Assembly: GCA_018985225.1 (NCBI GenBank)
Contig: JADGIF010000177.1
Location: 1 to 15,798, forward strand
From: Amoeboradix gromovi X-113
Taxonomy: Eukaryota; Fungi; Sanchytriomycota
Direction of reading: 5' to 3'
Length of the DNA stretch: 15,798 bases
Position numbers and translations under genes: made by a program. The notes under the pieces were generated by a model. The model had not been told where the DNA came from, did no database searches, and was given only the letters and a program-made list of their open reading frames with translations. Below are positions 1-8,903 of the stretch, piece by piece (the first letter of the stretch is position 1; the number at the start of each line of letters is the position of its first letter).

Positions 1-124
1 CCTGGATTAATATCTCTATGATCTTCGTGACCGCACGCATTACATTTGAACCATCTTCCTTGAATCTTCTTTTTGGATTGTGGCAACTCTAACGAAATTG
101 GATAGCTTTTCATTCTTCATCAAC
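1..124 (-). pseudogene. Degenerate TnpB/Fanzor-like C-terminal fragment (zinc ribbon + RuvC-III), running off the window edge
   Basis: Minus strand 56..1 reads RWFKCNACGHEDHRDINP(G), matching the TnpB/Fanzor R-x-F-x-C-x2-CG-x3-(D/H)RD-x-N motif. An adjacent frame (124..77) reads VDEE*KAIQFR*SCHN, resembling VDE-x-YTS-x2-C-x2-C with two stops and a frameshift. Confidence 0.55.
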
Positions 125-284
125 AGTTGCGTTCCAAGGACAGGTCGCTAAAATCTTTTAAATGGTGTTATTCGTATCACTAAATGTTTTATAAAATACG
201 CTAATAAAATTGAAGAGAACTATGATTTATTTAAGAAATTCTCATGGGAATACGAAAAGTAGGTTCAAACTGTGGAGATTTGTT

Positions 285-1004
285 ATGATTTTAGAATGTG
301 TTATATTTGCATTTTCATCGTTCTTAAGTCCGAGTAATAATAGTTCAAGTGCACAAGAGGGTATCCAAATCAATTCCGGTTATATGCTAAATTGGTCTGG
401 CTCTACGTCCTCTGACCCCTTAACGCTAAATTTGATTATACCGACAAATTCATCAGAGACATATTTCATTGTTGATGGACTTCCAGCAGATACTCTTGAG
501 TATAAATGGGATGTCTCGAATGAATTAAAACCAATGTCTGGATATGTGTTAAACTTGAGTGATTCATCAAATTATGTAATTTCAGCACCTTTCACTTTGT
601 ATGTCTCTAAAAGTGCCAAAACCAATATTGACATACCACCAGCTGGCTCTTTCTCAAATACAGAAGTAGCTTCTATAGTTATTTTGTGTGTATTACTTTT
701 ACTCTTTGCAATTTTTGCTATACGAAAATGGAGGGCTTCTCGATCTCTAAAAAAGCAGAAGTTAGAAAATTTTCAGTCACCTAATCTTATAAATAAGAGT
801 TTTCATGGCTCTGACGAGGTTTATTTTTCTAATTCTTCATTTACGTCCCACTTTGATGAAGAATGGAAATCGAGATCGTCGCTAAATAGAGATATGCTTT
901 CGAAAAAGTCCTCAATATTTGATGACCCCCGTTTAACGCAGTCCTCTACAATGGGAAGATATTCTGATGCCAGCATGTGCAGTATTAACTCAAAACCATA
1001 TTAA
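285..1004 (+). CDS. Hypothetical single-pass (type I-like) membrane protein
   Basis: Probable ATG at 285 (MILECVIFAF, hydrophobic start), one strong TM helix (VASIVILCVLLLLFAIFAI) followed by RKWR, Ser-rich tail, AATAAA directly after the stop. Start uncertain: the ORF is open from 210. Confidence 0.65.
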   Translation: MILECVIFAFSSFLSPSNNSSSAQEGIQINSGYMLNWSGSTSSDPLTLNLIIPTNSSETYFIVDGLPADTLEYKWDVSNELKPMSGYVLNLSDSSNYVISAPFTLYVSKSAKTNIDIPPAGSFSNTEVASIVILCVLLLLFAIFAIRKWRASRSLKKQKLENFQSPNLINKSFHGSDEVYFSNSSFTSHFDEEWKSRSSLNRDMLSKKSSIFDDPRLTQSSTMGRYSDASMCSINSKPY

Positions 1005-1216
1005 AATAAATTATTATATTTACTCAACCACTTTAAATGTGAAGATATGAAGGAACTTGGAGTTCACATTTCTTTTGTGTGGACAACCTGGGCAGATACC
1101 GTTTAGGCAAATTTTTCCCTGAATTTATATCTCGATGGTGTTAATGACCGCATTTAATGCATTCGAATCGTCTTGAATCTACATTTTCTTTTGAGCGATA
1201 TTAGCATTTAAACAAT

Positions 1217-1620
1217 TGGTACATCAAATATAAAAACTAGACTAACTTTCTGAAATAGTTTGAATCATTATATCGAGTGTGTAAAACCGATGGTAAATTA
1301 AATTAAATTAACCTTTTCAATTAAATTGTTTTAGTATAACAGCTTTTCATCCATCAAAATCTTAATAACAATGATTAACAAGAAGAAGAGAACAAAAAAT
1401 AAGTTATTAAGAAGAAAAAGAAAAAGGAACAGATAAGACACTCAGAGACTTTCACTATTTGAAAGAGATAGTGGGTCATCTTTTTTATTTTAAAGAGAGG
1501 AATAACATTAATGAAAGAGAATTGGTTTGAAAGAAAGACTTTTATTAATAACAGTATTTCCTCCTTATGGGGCACCTCCTTTAAAAACGAGTTAGTCTAG
1601 TTTTTATATTTGGTGTCCCA
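1217..1620. mobile_element. MITE-like non-autonomous element bounded by 31-bp inverted repeats
   Basis: 1217-1247 TGGTACATCAAATATAAAAACTAGACTAACT versus the reverse complement of 1590-1620, TGGGACACCAAATATAAAAACTAGACTAACT: 29/31 identical. AT-rich non-coding interior; no clear target-site duplication. Confidence 0.55.
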
Positions 1621-1624
1621 TAAG
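1564..1624. repeat. 13-bp-stem hairpin overlapping the right inverted repeat
   Basis: CTTATGGGGCACC (1564-1576) pairs with GGTGTCCCATAAG (1612-1624), with one G-T pair and a 35-nt loop. Confidence 0.6.
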
Positions 1625-2168
1625 CTGGTTATAGATAATTATAGTCTTTTAACAACAATATCAAATCAAGAGAAATGAGTATAATGTTTATATAAATTGA
1701 AAAGACGTGAACATACTGTAATGTGTATGCTAAACAAGTGTCATTTATTAAAGAGTTGCCTAATTTTGAACAGTTTTAACTAATCGTCTACAGATTTGAG
1801 CTTTAAATTTACTAGTAATTACATTTTTCATATATTTCATCACTCAACTGACCCAGTTGGGTGTACGCTTTTATGCCATTGATGTATAACACCTCTATTC
1901 TAGGCAGTTAATCATTACCTAATACCCAGGCAAGCATCCAGATTATCAACTCTAGCAAACTGAGTGGACTTGCGTATTCAAAAACGCTACTACTATCTAC
2001 ACTGCTTAGACTGTAAAACCACTGGCATGTGACCAATAAACTCTGCCTGTCTTTAAGGAGAATTTTGGATTTCACCGTTCACATTCGCCCCGGCCTTTAT
2101 AACAATAAAGAATTTTTAAAAGTTAAATATACTTATTAAAATAATACTGAATAATTCATAGAGCACAC

Positions 2169-3344
2169 TCAATTGGTTAATAGCTTCATTTCTTCTTTAT
2201 CCAATGTATTTGTGTCCATATAAACCACTACATTGTCTTGTAAAAATATCATAACATGTTTCTGAACAGTTCTAAATACATAGGAGTCCGGTTGTTTTAA
2301 ATCCAAATACCAGGAATTAAGGGATTCCAATAATAGATCGAGATAATAGGGAGAATTACTATCGAAATACTTCTTGCTAATCTTTTGAATCAGTAAAGGC
2401 TTTGACATGTCGAGATGCTCGTAATCTTGAAGAAAGGCAATGTAGTTACTGCAAAATGAACTTGAACATATGCTTTTAAATCTGTTTTGGGTATCTTTGT
2501 TTTTCCAAATACTTTCAATTGTCAGTTTACTCGGAATCCTTTGGCTACTTAGATATACAGGCAGAATAGTATAGCTCCACATAAGAACTCCAAGATACAT
2601 AGTCATAAACCACCAGCTGATTGTATATGAACCGGATCCTAAGGAATAAGCAAAATCAAACAAAATAAAGACTCCAAATAAACTATAAGAAGTAATACAA
2701 GAATATAAAGTCCACTTCATTTTAAATATGTCGTGTTTAAAATTTATGTTTTGAATCAGTATTAAACTAAAAACACCTTGTATTACGTAAAAGAATGCAG
2801 ATAGGATATTTGCATAAGGTTTGCATTCATATACTCCGTGTCCGGAACCGAGGTTTTGACCAAGAATCAAAAAATACACTAATGTATTTAAAATTGGTGG
2901 AACTATAAATAATAAAGACAGCGACGTGATTTTCTGGCGTCTTAACTTCTTCATTAAAACAGGGTTGTCCCAGTTTATAACATCATTTGTCAAACCGGAA
3001 ACATTTGACGTTATTCTATAGAGCAAATCGGTTAGTTTCGTTTCTTTTTTTGATGCCCGAATATAAATTCGAGATATCATTATCATAAATAATGTGATGG
3101 CCCAATTGCATAGTATCGAATAGGTAAATCCGTAAACATAACAACTCAAATATCTAGTATTTCTTTGGTTATCAAACCGTATGAAACTGTCCAAAATATT
3201 AATTAAGCTCGTAATAAACACAAGCATGGTAACCATGGTTGGCATCCTAATTTGTATAAACGCTTTCTTCCTATGATTCATAAATAAAGCCAGTAAACAA
3301 AAGTCAAGAATTAACTTGAGTAAGATGAAGAATATTTCAAACAT
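2169..3344 (-). CDS. 7TM-RGS protein (multi-pass receptor-like region fused to a C-terminal RGS domain)
   Basis: About 7 hydrophobic segments, then TIESIWKNKDTQNRFKSICSSSFCSNYIAF...ISKKYFDSNSPYYLDL...VFRTVQKHVMIFLQDN, a typical RGS helix pattern. Likely ATG at 3344 (MFEIFF). Confidence 0.75.
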   Translation of the reverse strand: MFEIFFILLKLILDFCLLALFMNHRKKAFIQIRMPTMVTMLVFITSLINILDSFIRFDNQRNTRYLSCYVYGFTYSILCNWAITLFMIMISRIYIRASKKETKLTDLLYRITSNVSGLTNDVINWDNPVLMKKLRRQKITSLSLLFIVPPILNTLVYFLILGQNLGSGHGVYECKPYANILSAFFYVIQGVFSLILIQNINFKHDIFKMKWTLYSCITSYSLFGVFILFDFAYSLGSGSYTISWWFMTMYLGVLMWSYTILPVYLSSQRIPSKLTIESIWKNKDTQNRFKSICSSSFCSNYIAFLQDYEHLDMSKPLLIQKISKKYFDSNSPYYLDLLLESLNSWYLDLKQPDSYVFRTVQKHVMIFLQDNVVVYMDTNTLDKEEMKLLTN

Positions 3345-3454
3345 ATTGTGGCTTGCACCGACGCTGGTCAACTCTAAGTAGCACTTTGATGTTTTTGTTC
3401 AATTCCGATTTTAAGCTAAAGTGCGAAATCATTATTTTAACCAAATATTTTATT

Positions 3455-5156
3455 TCAGCTAATACTGCAAGACTTAAGCGATTTAGGTTTGCATTTCTCT
3501 CCACCAACAATCCAGAAATCCGAACCACCCACCCCGTTGTAGATTGCATATCCATTCGAATCACATTGCAATCCTTGCATTATTTTTGGGTAAGTCTTGC
3601 TTTTCGGATTCATTAATTCATTCTCAGCATTTTCTTGCAACATATACTTACCTACTTGTACTTTAGCACCAACACACGCTTTTTCGTGTGGTCTTACTAC
3701 TTCAATTACCGTATGATCTTGGTTGCTAGCACATAATATCATTCCCTCACTCTCAATTCCTCTCAATTTACTTTTCTTTAAATTGCTCAATACCATAACC
3801 TTGCTGTCCTTCATATCACTTATGTCAACGTGTTTTGCTAAACCGCTAACAATTACTACTGTAGGCCATGTAGATTTTTCACCAGAACACTTTTCTATAC
3901 AAATGTTACTTACAAGTAAGCCGTCAGCTTCTGGATGTCTTCTGCATTCTACAATATACCCGACTTTAATATCTAATCGGCTGATATCTTCATTCTTATT
4001 TTTCAGAATTGCTGTATGTTTCTTCTTAACTGCTAAATTAGTTATGAAAACCTTTTTGTGCTCCCTGAGATGCTATTTCAGGAGTTGGATAAGCATCTTT
4101 TATCAATTGTTGAAACTCTCTACTTTTCATCAACCTTTCACGGACAGGTTTCAATAACTGGTTAATTGCATCGATAATACCCTGTTTAAGATCTCCAGGA
4201 TGCACTTTCTTCGCAATAAAATCCGATTCTAAGCTTTCATAAGAACTGAAAATCAAGTCTCCACCCCATTTCTCGGGGCGACGAATTGCAAACTTGCTAG
4301 GTAACAGAGTGGTACCATGGATCACTGGATTATCCATCTCACCCAACAACTCGCAAAATGGAAATAAAACAACTTTGCAAAATGGCAACAGGCCTCCGTC
4401 TGCATTTCCTTCCTCACAAAACGCCTTTTTTATTTTTCTTTCTACGTCTTCTGAAGAGTCTAACAAATCTATTTTAGAATCTTCCACAGATGAGCTCATT
4501 TTATCACCGGTAAGACCTGGTACCATAGTGTTCATTAAATGAGCTCTTTTTTCGTAACCTAAAAGTGGCAAATACTTTTCAGCAAACACAAATATCTTCC
4601 GCTGATCAATACCGCCAAATTGAGCATCAACTTCAAGATATTCCTCATCTAAAGCTTGTAAACCGGGATAAATTAGCGAACTCAGCATTGGGTGTTCTAC
4701 TTGTTTAACTACTTGAGCACCAGCTTTTTTAGAATCATGAACACTACTCATTGCAGCTAGTCTATAAGCGTCTAAATTGTACTTCTCGGTTAACTGATAG
4801 GAAGTGCCGATGACAAATTTAAGTTTATCGATAGAAACCCCCATTCCTATTAAGCAAGCTTTTATCGCTTGTTCATAGTATTGCGTGCGTAATTTCAATC
4901 TATCCCACGGCGCTTTCATGTTATCAAGATATGCATGAAGATCTGCCAACAAGATTGTTACTTGGCATTCTGCATGTAGAAAATCTGCAATTTTCATTAA
5001 AGGTACAAAGTAAGCTATGTGGGGTTTTCCAGTAGGTGCAGTGCCCCAATAGATTTTTAGATTTCTAGTCTTCAGCGTCTCTTCAATTTTATCTCTGTGA
5101 AGAACTTCTCCCAAATTACGAGTGATCAATTCTAATTTACTAGATGCGTGAGCCAT
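3455..5156 (-). CDS. YARS1: Cytoplasmic tyrosyl-tRNA synthetase with C-terminal EMAP II-like (tRNA-binding OB-fold) domain; exons 5156-4052 and 4032-3455, ~560 aa
   Basis: [24 protein letters not shown] and KMSSS motifs. Removing a 19-nt intron joins ...GAQK-A-VKKK...[10 protein letters not shown]...HPEADGL...IVSGL...[20 protein letters not shown] in one open frame. ATG at 5156 (MAHASS). Confidence 0.93.
4033..4051 (-). other. 19-nt spliceosomal intron (phase 1) in TyrRS
   Basis: GTTTTCATAACTAATTTAG; removal restores the frame between the catalytic body and the EMAP II-like domain; contains a CTAAT branch-like motif and an in-frame TAA. An alternative in-frame acceptor 3 nt further (TAGCAG) would give 22 nt. 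Confidence 0.85.
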
Positions 5157-5475
5157 ATTCTTTAAGACGTAGACTTGGAGTAAGAGGGGATAAGAAAAAG
5201 AAACGAGTAACATATCCAAGAAGTTCAAAGACACGGTGTTGCAAACTTCCATATCCTTATCATTTGGACTAGGCTTTAACGGCCATTCTGTAGAATCGCC
5301 AAAACATCCGTAAAAAGCTTTATACTAGAAAATTTTATAGAGTAGAACTGCAAATGTTTTCTCAGTATTAAAGAGACAAAAGATTTTGCGCCTTTTTGAA
5401 CTTATGACTTCAATGCTTTGATACCAGATATAGCACCCTTGAAATATAAAAATTATATTATCTTCCTTGTTTCCA

Positions 5476-7173
5476 ATGAAAATTAAAGTTACAAAATGCA
5501 TCTTAGATGACCCGAAAATCAAACCACTTTTAGTCCAACTGGCAATTGGAACTACTAAGTTCAGAACCTCCTGGTCGCAGCTAGAGCACGGTCAGTGGAA
5601 CGAGACATTTGAGTTTAGTCCTGACTTTCATTACGAGCTCTTTTCTCATTTGCAGCTTGATGTTTATACCCGTACATTTTATTTTGAACAGTGGCTAGGT
5701 CGTGTAGAAGTCAAGTTACTTCAAATCAGTGGCCTACAGCTGATCTCATATTTTGAGATAAATAAAAATTCTACAAAAACTCCGATAAATCCTGGAAAAA
5801 GTTGTGGTGTGCTTTCTCTTGAGATAGATTACACAACAGGAGATGCAATTAGTATCATAAGTGAACTTTTGCATCCCAAACAAGAAAGTGAATCCCAAAT
5901 TGACTTAAATACTTCTGTACCAGACACACCATTACTTTACAAAAAAAAAACTGTTGTCAGTTCTCCTGTTGAGGATGATATTAAAGAAGAAATAATAAAT
6001 AATGAATCATCTTTTACTAACTGGTTAATCAACGATGAGGCCAAGGTCGCAATTTTAAATATAAAAGACATGGTATTTGCATTCCAACAGGGCTGGGATT
6101 ATTTGAATCCACTTCAATGGGTTACTGGGTATTTAATTTTAGAGCGTTACTTTAGATCGATACCAATTACAGGGTCTTTAAATATTCAACCTATAGCAAA
6201 CAATCTTACTCAATTGCTAAGAATTAAACAGATACACGACTATGCTTTTAGCGCTTATGGATGGAAAGGAATTAATTTCTTCCAAAAAGGCGAGGGATTA
6301 GTTCAAGCTGCCTTGAGTTCTAAAGCACATGAAAAAGCAATAAAAGCTTATCTAATTCATTTATCAGAAGACGAGTTTATATCTTACAGCGATGGCGATT
6401 CCAATATGCCAGCCATTCTAATGGTCTATGATAAAATTGATAACGCTATTGTGGTGTCAATCAGAGGTACTATGAGTTTGACTGACAGTCTTATTGACTT
6501 CACATGTGAGTATTCTCCATTTTATGACGGGTTTGTACATATTGGGGTGTTAAAAGCCACCAAAACAGTAAAAGAAGTCATTATGACTGATATTATTCAC
6601 AAAATGGCCTTACATGGTGCTTCAACGTTAATACTTGTTGGTCATTCTTTGGGAGCAGGTATAGCTAGTTTGTTAACTATTTTGCTAATCAAAGACGGGT
6701 TTAAAAATGTTTGCTGTTACGCTTTTGGATGCCCTCCAATTTTAAGCCGAAATATTGCAAACAGATATAACAAAGAGATTCAGTCATTCATATACAAATA
6801 CGATATAGTGCCTAGATTAAGCTACGGGACTGTCAGTGATCTAGTCACATTGGCAGCCACAGTTATGACGAACACCAATACAACTACAATTTTTAACATT
6901 CAAAATCTGGATGCTGAGTTTGAGGTTATAAGGCGTTGCAAGACAAAATTTACTATGAAAATACCACAATACTACAATCCAAAGCTCTATATACCTGGTT
7001 TATTGATGTATTTAGATGATGAACAGTTGTATCTGGTGAACAGAGAAATTAGTGAGGAAATCATATTTGCTAGTCCTAACGTTTACAAAGACCATCTACC
7101 AAGTGCCTATGAAGCAGTATTTACTAAATTATGTGAGTCATGCAAAGAAATTAAAGAAGATACGAAACAATAA
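5476..7173 (+). CDS. C2 domain + class 3 lipase (diacylglycerol-lipase-like)
   Basis: N-terminal C2-like motifs (QWNETFEF, LQLDVY, LGRVEV, GVLSLEIDY); lipase motifs IVVSIRGT, VHIG, LVGHSLGAG (Ser), AFGCP, DIVPRL (Asp), DHLP (His). Confidence 0.88.
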   Translation: MKIKVTKCILDDPKIKPLLVQLAIGTTKFRTSWSQLEHGQWNETFEFSPDFHYELFSHLQLDVYTRTFYFEQWLGRVEVKLLQISGLQLISYFEINKNSTKTPINPGKSCGVLSLEIDYTTGDAISIISELLHPKQESESQIDLNTSVPDTPLLYKKKTVVSSPVEDDIKEEIINNESSFTNWLINDEAKVAILNIKDMVFAFQQGWDYLNPLQWVTGYLILERYFRSIPITGSLNIQPIANNLTQLLRIKQIHDYAFSAYGWKGINFFQKGEGLVQAALSSKAHEKAIKAYLIHLSEDEFISYSDGDSNMPAILMVYDKIDNAIVVSIRGTMSLTDSLIDFTCEYSPFYDGFVHIGVLKATKTVKEVIMTDIIHKMALHGASTLILVGHSLGAGIASLLTILLIKDGFKNVCCYAFGCPPILSRNIANRYNKEIQSFIYKYDIVPRLSYGTVSDLVTLAATVMTNTNTTTIFNIQNLDAEFEVIRRCKTKFTMKIPQYYNPKLYIPGLLMYLDDEQLYLVNREISEEIIFASPNVYKDHLPSAYEAVFTKLCESCKEIKEDTKQ

Positions 7174-7713
7174 ACAATTTAATATTTGCATGCGGAATTT
7201 GGAGTTAGTGGGAGGATACCCAACGAAAACTAATCAAATAAATGAAAATGAAAGTCTTAACCAAAACTTGTCAGGCAGATGAGTCTCGTAACTTATCAGC
7301 TATGGTTTAGATGACAATGCACTACCAATAACCCTTCTTTGTCGCTCAGGCTTCTCATACCTGTATCTGACATTCTTAACTCAAGCGACACAACTAGTCA
7401 ACTTTGGAATATTGGGATGGCTCTTTCTACTCTGTCTCTGGTAGCTATCACTGCAGTAAACTGATCTTATCATGCGCTTTCTCGGTCGCTCTATTTCATA
7501 TTTGCAGCCAGTACTTTCTCGGCAGACATATTTCAATCACAGTATGTCACTACTAATCGTTTGCTGATGTCTTACCATGATATATTGTTGCACCATGGTC
7601 TAGTAAACACATATCGATATAGCCACCTCTTTGATGTCTCTTGGACGTCTTATCACTGATTTGCTTTTCTTTTTTTGCCATCCACCTTTACCCCAGTATA
7701 CTTTTCATAGAAC

Positions 7714-8871
7714 ATGTCCCATATGTCAAACAGTTCTTCTTCAAGGTTTATACCAATTCGCACTCATCAAGAAACCGACGAAATTGCTACTGCTCTCAAC
7801 TATAACCAAACTCAGATACTTATGTTCAATATAAAAGCACCGATTCCAATTACAAAAATTAAAAAGAAAGTGGAAACCATTAAACTTGAAAGAATATTAG
7901 ATGCTCCAAATATTGTAGACGATTACTACACCGAACTTCTAGCTTGGAATAGCGATAACATAGTCGCGATTGGTTTGCAGAATAGTGTCTACCTGTGGAA
8001 TGGTAGTAGCGGTAACGTCCAGTCCTTAGACTTAGATCATCTTATTCGCGTAGTCCATTGGATGGGCCAAATACTCATAGTCTGTACCTATCATACTGTA
8101 TATTTAATTGAAAATCTTAAAATGCTACAAAAATATCAAATTGAAGGCGTATGCACTTGTGACTCTTTCAAAACCTTAATTTCTCTTGGAGATATTGAAG
8201 GAAATATTCATTTAATAGATACCCGTCAAATGAGTCAAAGCAAATTTGACCTACATGAGGGCACTTGCTGTGGAGTCCAGTTTAATAAAAGTGGTGGATA
8301 TCTACTTACTGGTGGGAACGATAACTTTGCAAACATTTGGGATATACGTATGCAAACGATTATGACTACTCAGTCTCATCTAGCAGCTATCAAAGCATTA
8401 ACTTGGTGTCCTTTTGATAATTATGTTCTGACGGGTGGTGGAACAATGGATAAATCTATATTGTGCTGGAATCCCATGAGTGGAAGCTTGCTTCATCATT
8501 TGCAGACAAACAGCCAAATCACATCATTAAAATTTGCAAACTCACATGTGATAAGTACCCATGGCTTCCCAAATAACGAGTTGCGCGTTTGGACCCCCCA
8601 AAATGTAACTCAGCCGATTCAAAAAGATACAGGGATGGTTTATGGAATGGAAAGTGATTCTACTGTAGATTTGCAATACAACAGAACTACTTGGCCATAC
8701 AAAAGTGTAGTTGCTCATACCGATAGAGTACTGCACAGCGCTATAAGCCCAGACGAGACTGTGTGTGCTACCCTAAGTCCAGATGGAAACCTCAAGTTCT
8801 GGAAGATGTTTAATCAGGTAAAAAGGCCAAATAACACAAAGAGTAAGAATAAAGTAAGGCTGATGAGATGA
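7714..8871 (+). CDS. CDC20: Cdc20/Fizzy-family WD40 APC/C activator
   Basis: C-box-like SRFIPIR, ILMFNIKAP, RILDAPNIVDDYY, VYLWN, GGNDN, HLAAIKALTWCP, TGGGTMD, STHG, AHTDRVL; C-terminal MR resembles the IR tail. Confidence 0.9.
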   Translation: MSHMSNSSSSRFIPIRTHQETDEIATALNYNQTQILMFNIKAPIPITKIKKKVETIKLERILDAPNIVDDYYTELLAWNSDNIVAIGLQNSVYLWNGSSGNVQSLDLDHLIRVVHWMGQILIVCTYHTVYLIENLKMLQKYQIEGVCTCDSFKTLISLGDIEGNIHLIDTRQMSQSKFDLHEGTCCGVQFNKSGGYLLTGGNDNFANIWDIRMQTIMTTQSHLAAIKALTWCPFDNYVLTGGGTMDKSILCWNPMSGSLLHHLQTNSQITSLKFANSHVISTHGFPNNELRVWTPQNVTQPIQKDTGMVYGMESDSTVDLQYNRTTWPYKSVVAHTDRVLHSAISPDETVCATLSPDGNLKFWKMFNQVKRPNNTKSKNKVRLMR

Positions 8872-8903
8872 TATGGAATGTGTAGTAAAACTAAATTTAT
8901 TAA

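Noticed and set aside
1375-1575. 66-aa hydrophobic ORF
   Set aside because: It arises from a low-complexity purine tract inside the MITE-like element and has a GTG start.
3634-3651. Possible in-frame 18-nt intron GTAAGTATATGTTGCAAG in the EMAP II-like domain; the + strand also reads ATACTTACCT like a U1 5' end
   Set aside because: It ends in AAG and lacks the -6 A; the frame is open without it; there is no U1 structure and it lies within a CDS.
4038-4060. Programmed ribosomal frameshift or assembly error between TyrRS and its C-domain
   Set aside because: A GT-AG 19-mer with the shared 3' motif explains the offset, and the same solution works in three other genes.
7696-7710. 15-nt GTATACTTTTCATAG upstream of the Cdc20 ATG as a possible intron
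   Set aside because: It does not fit the length or -6 A consensus, and no plausible upstream exon is gained.
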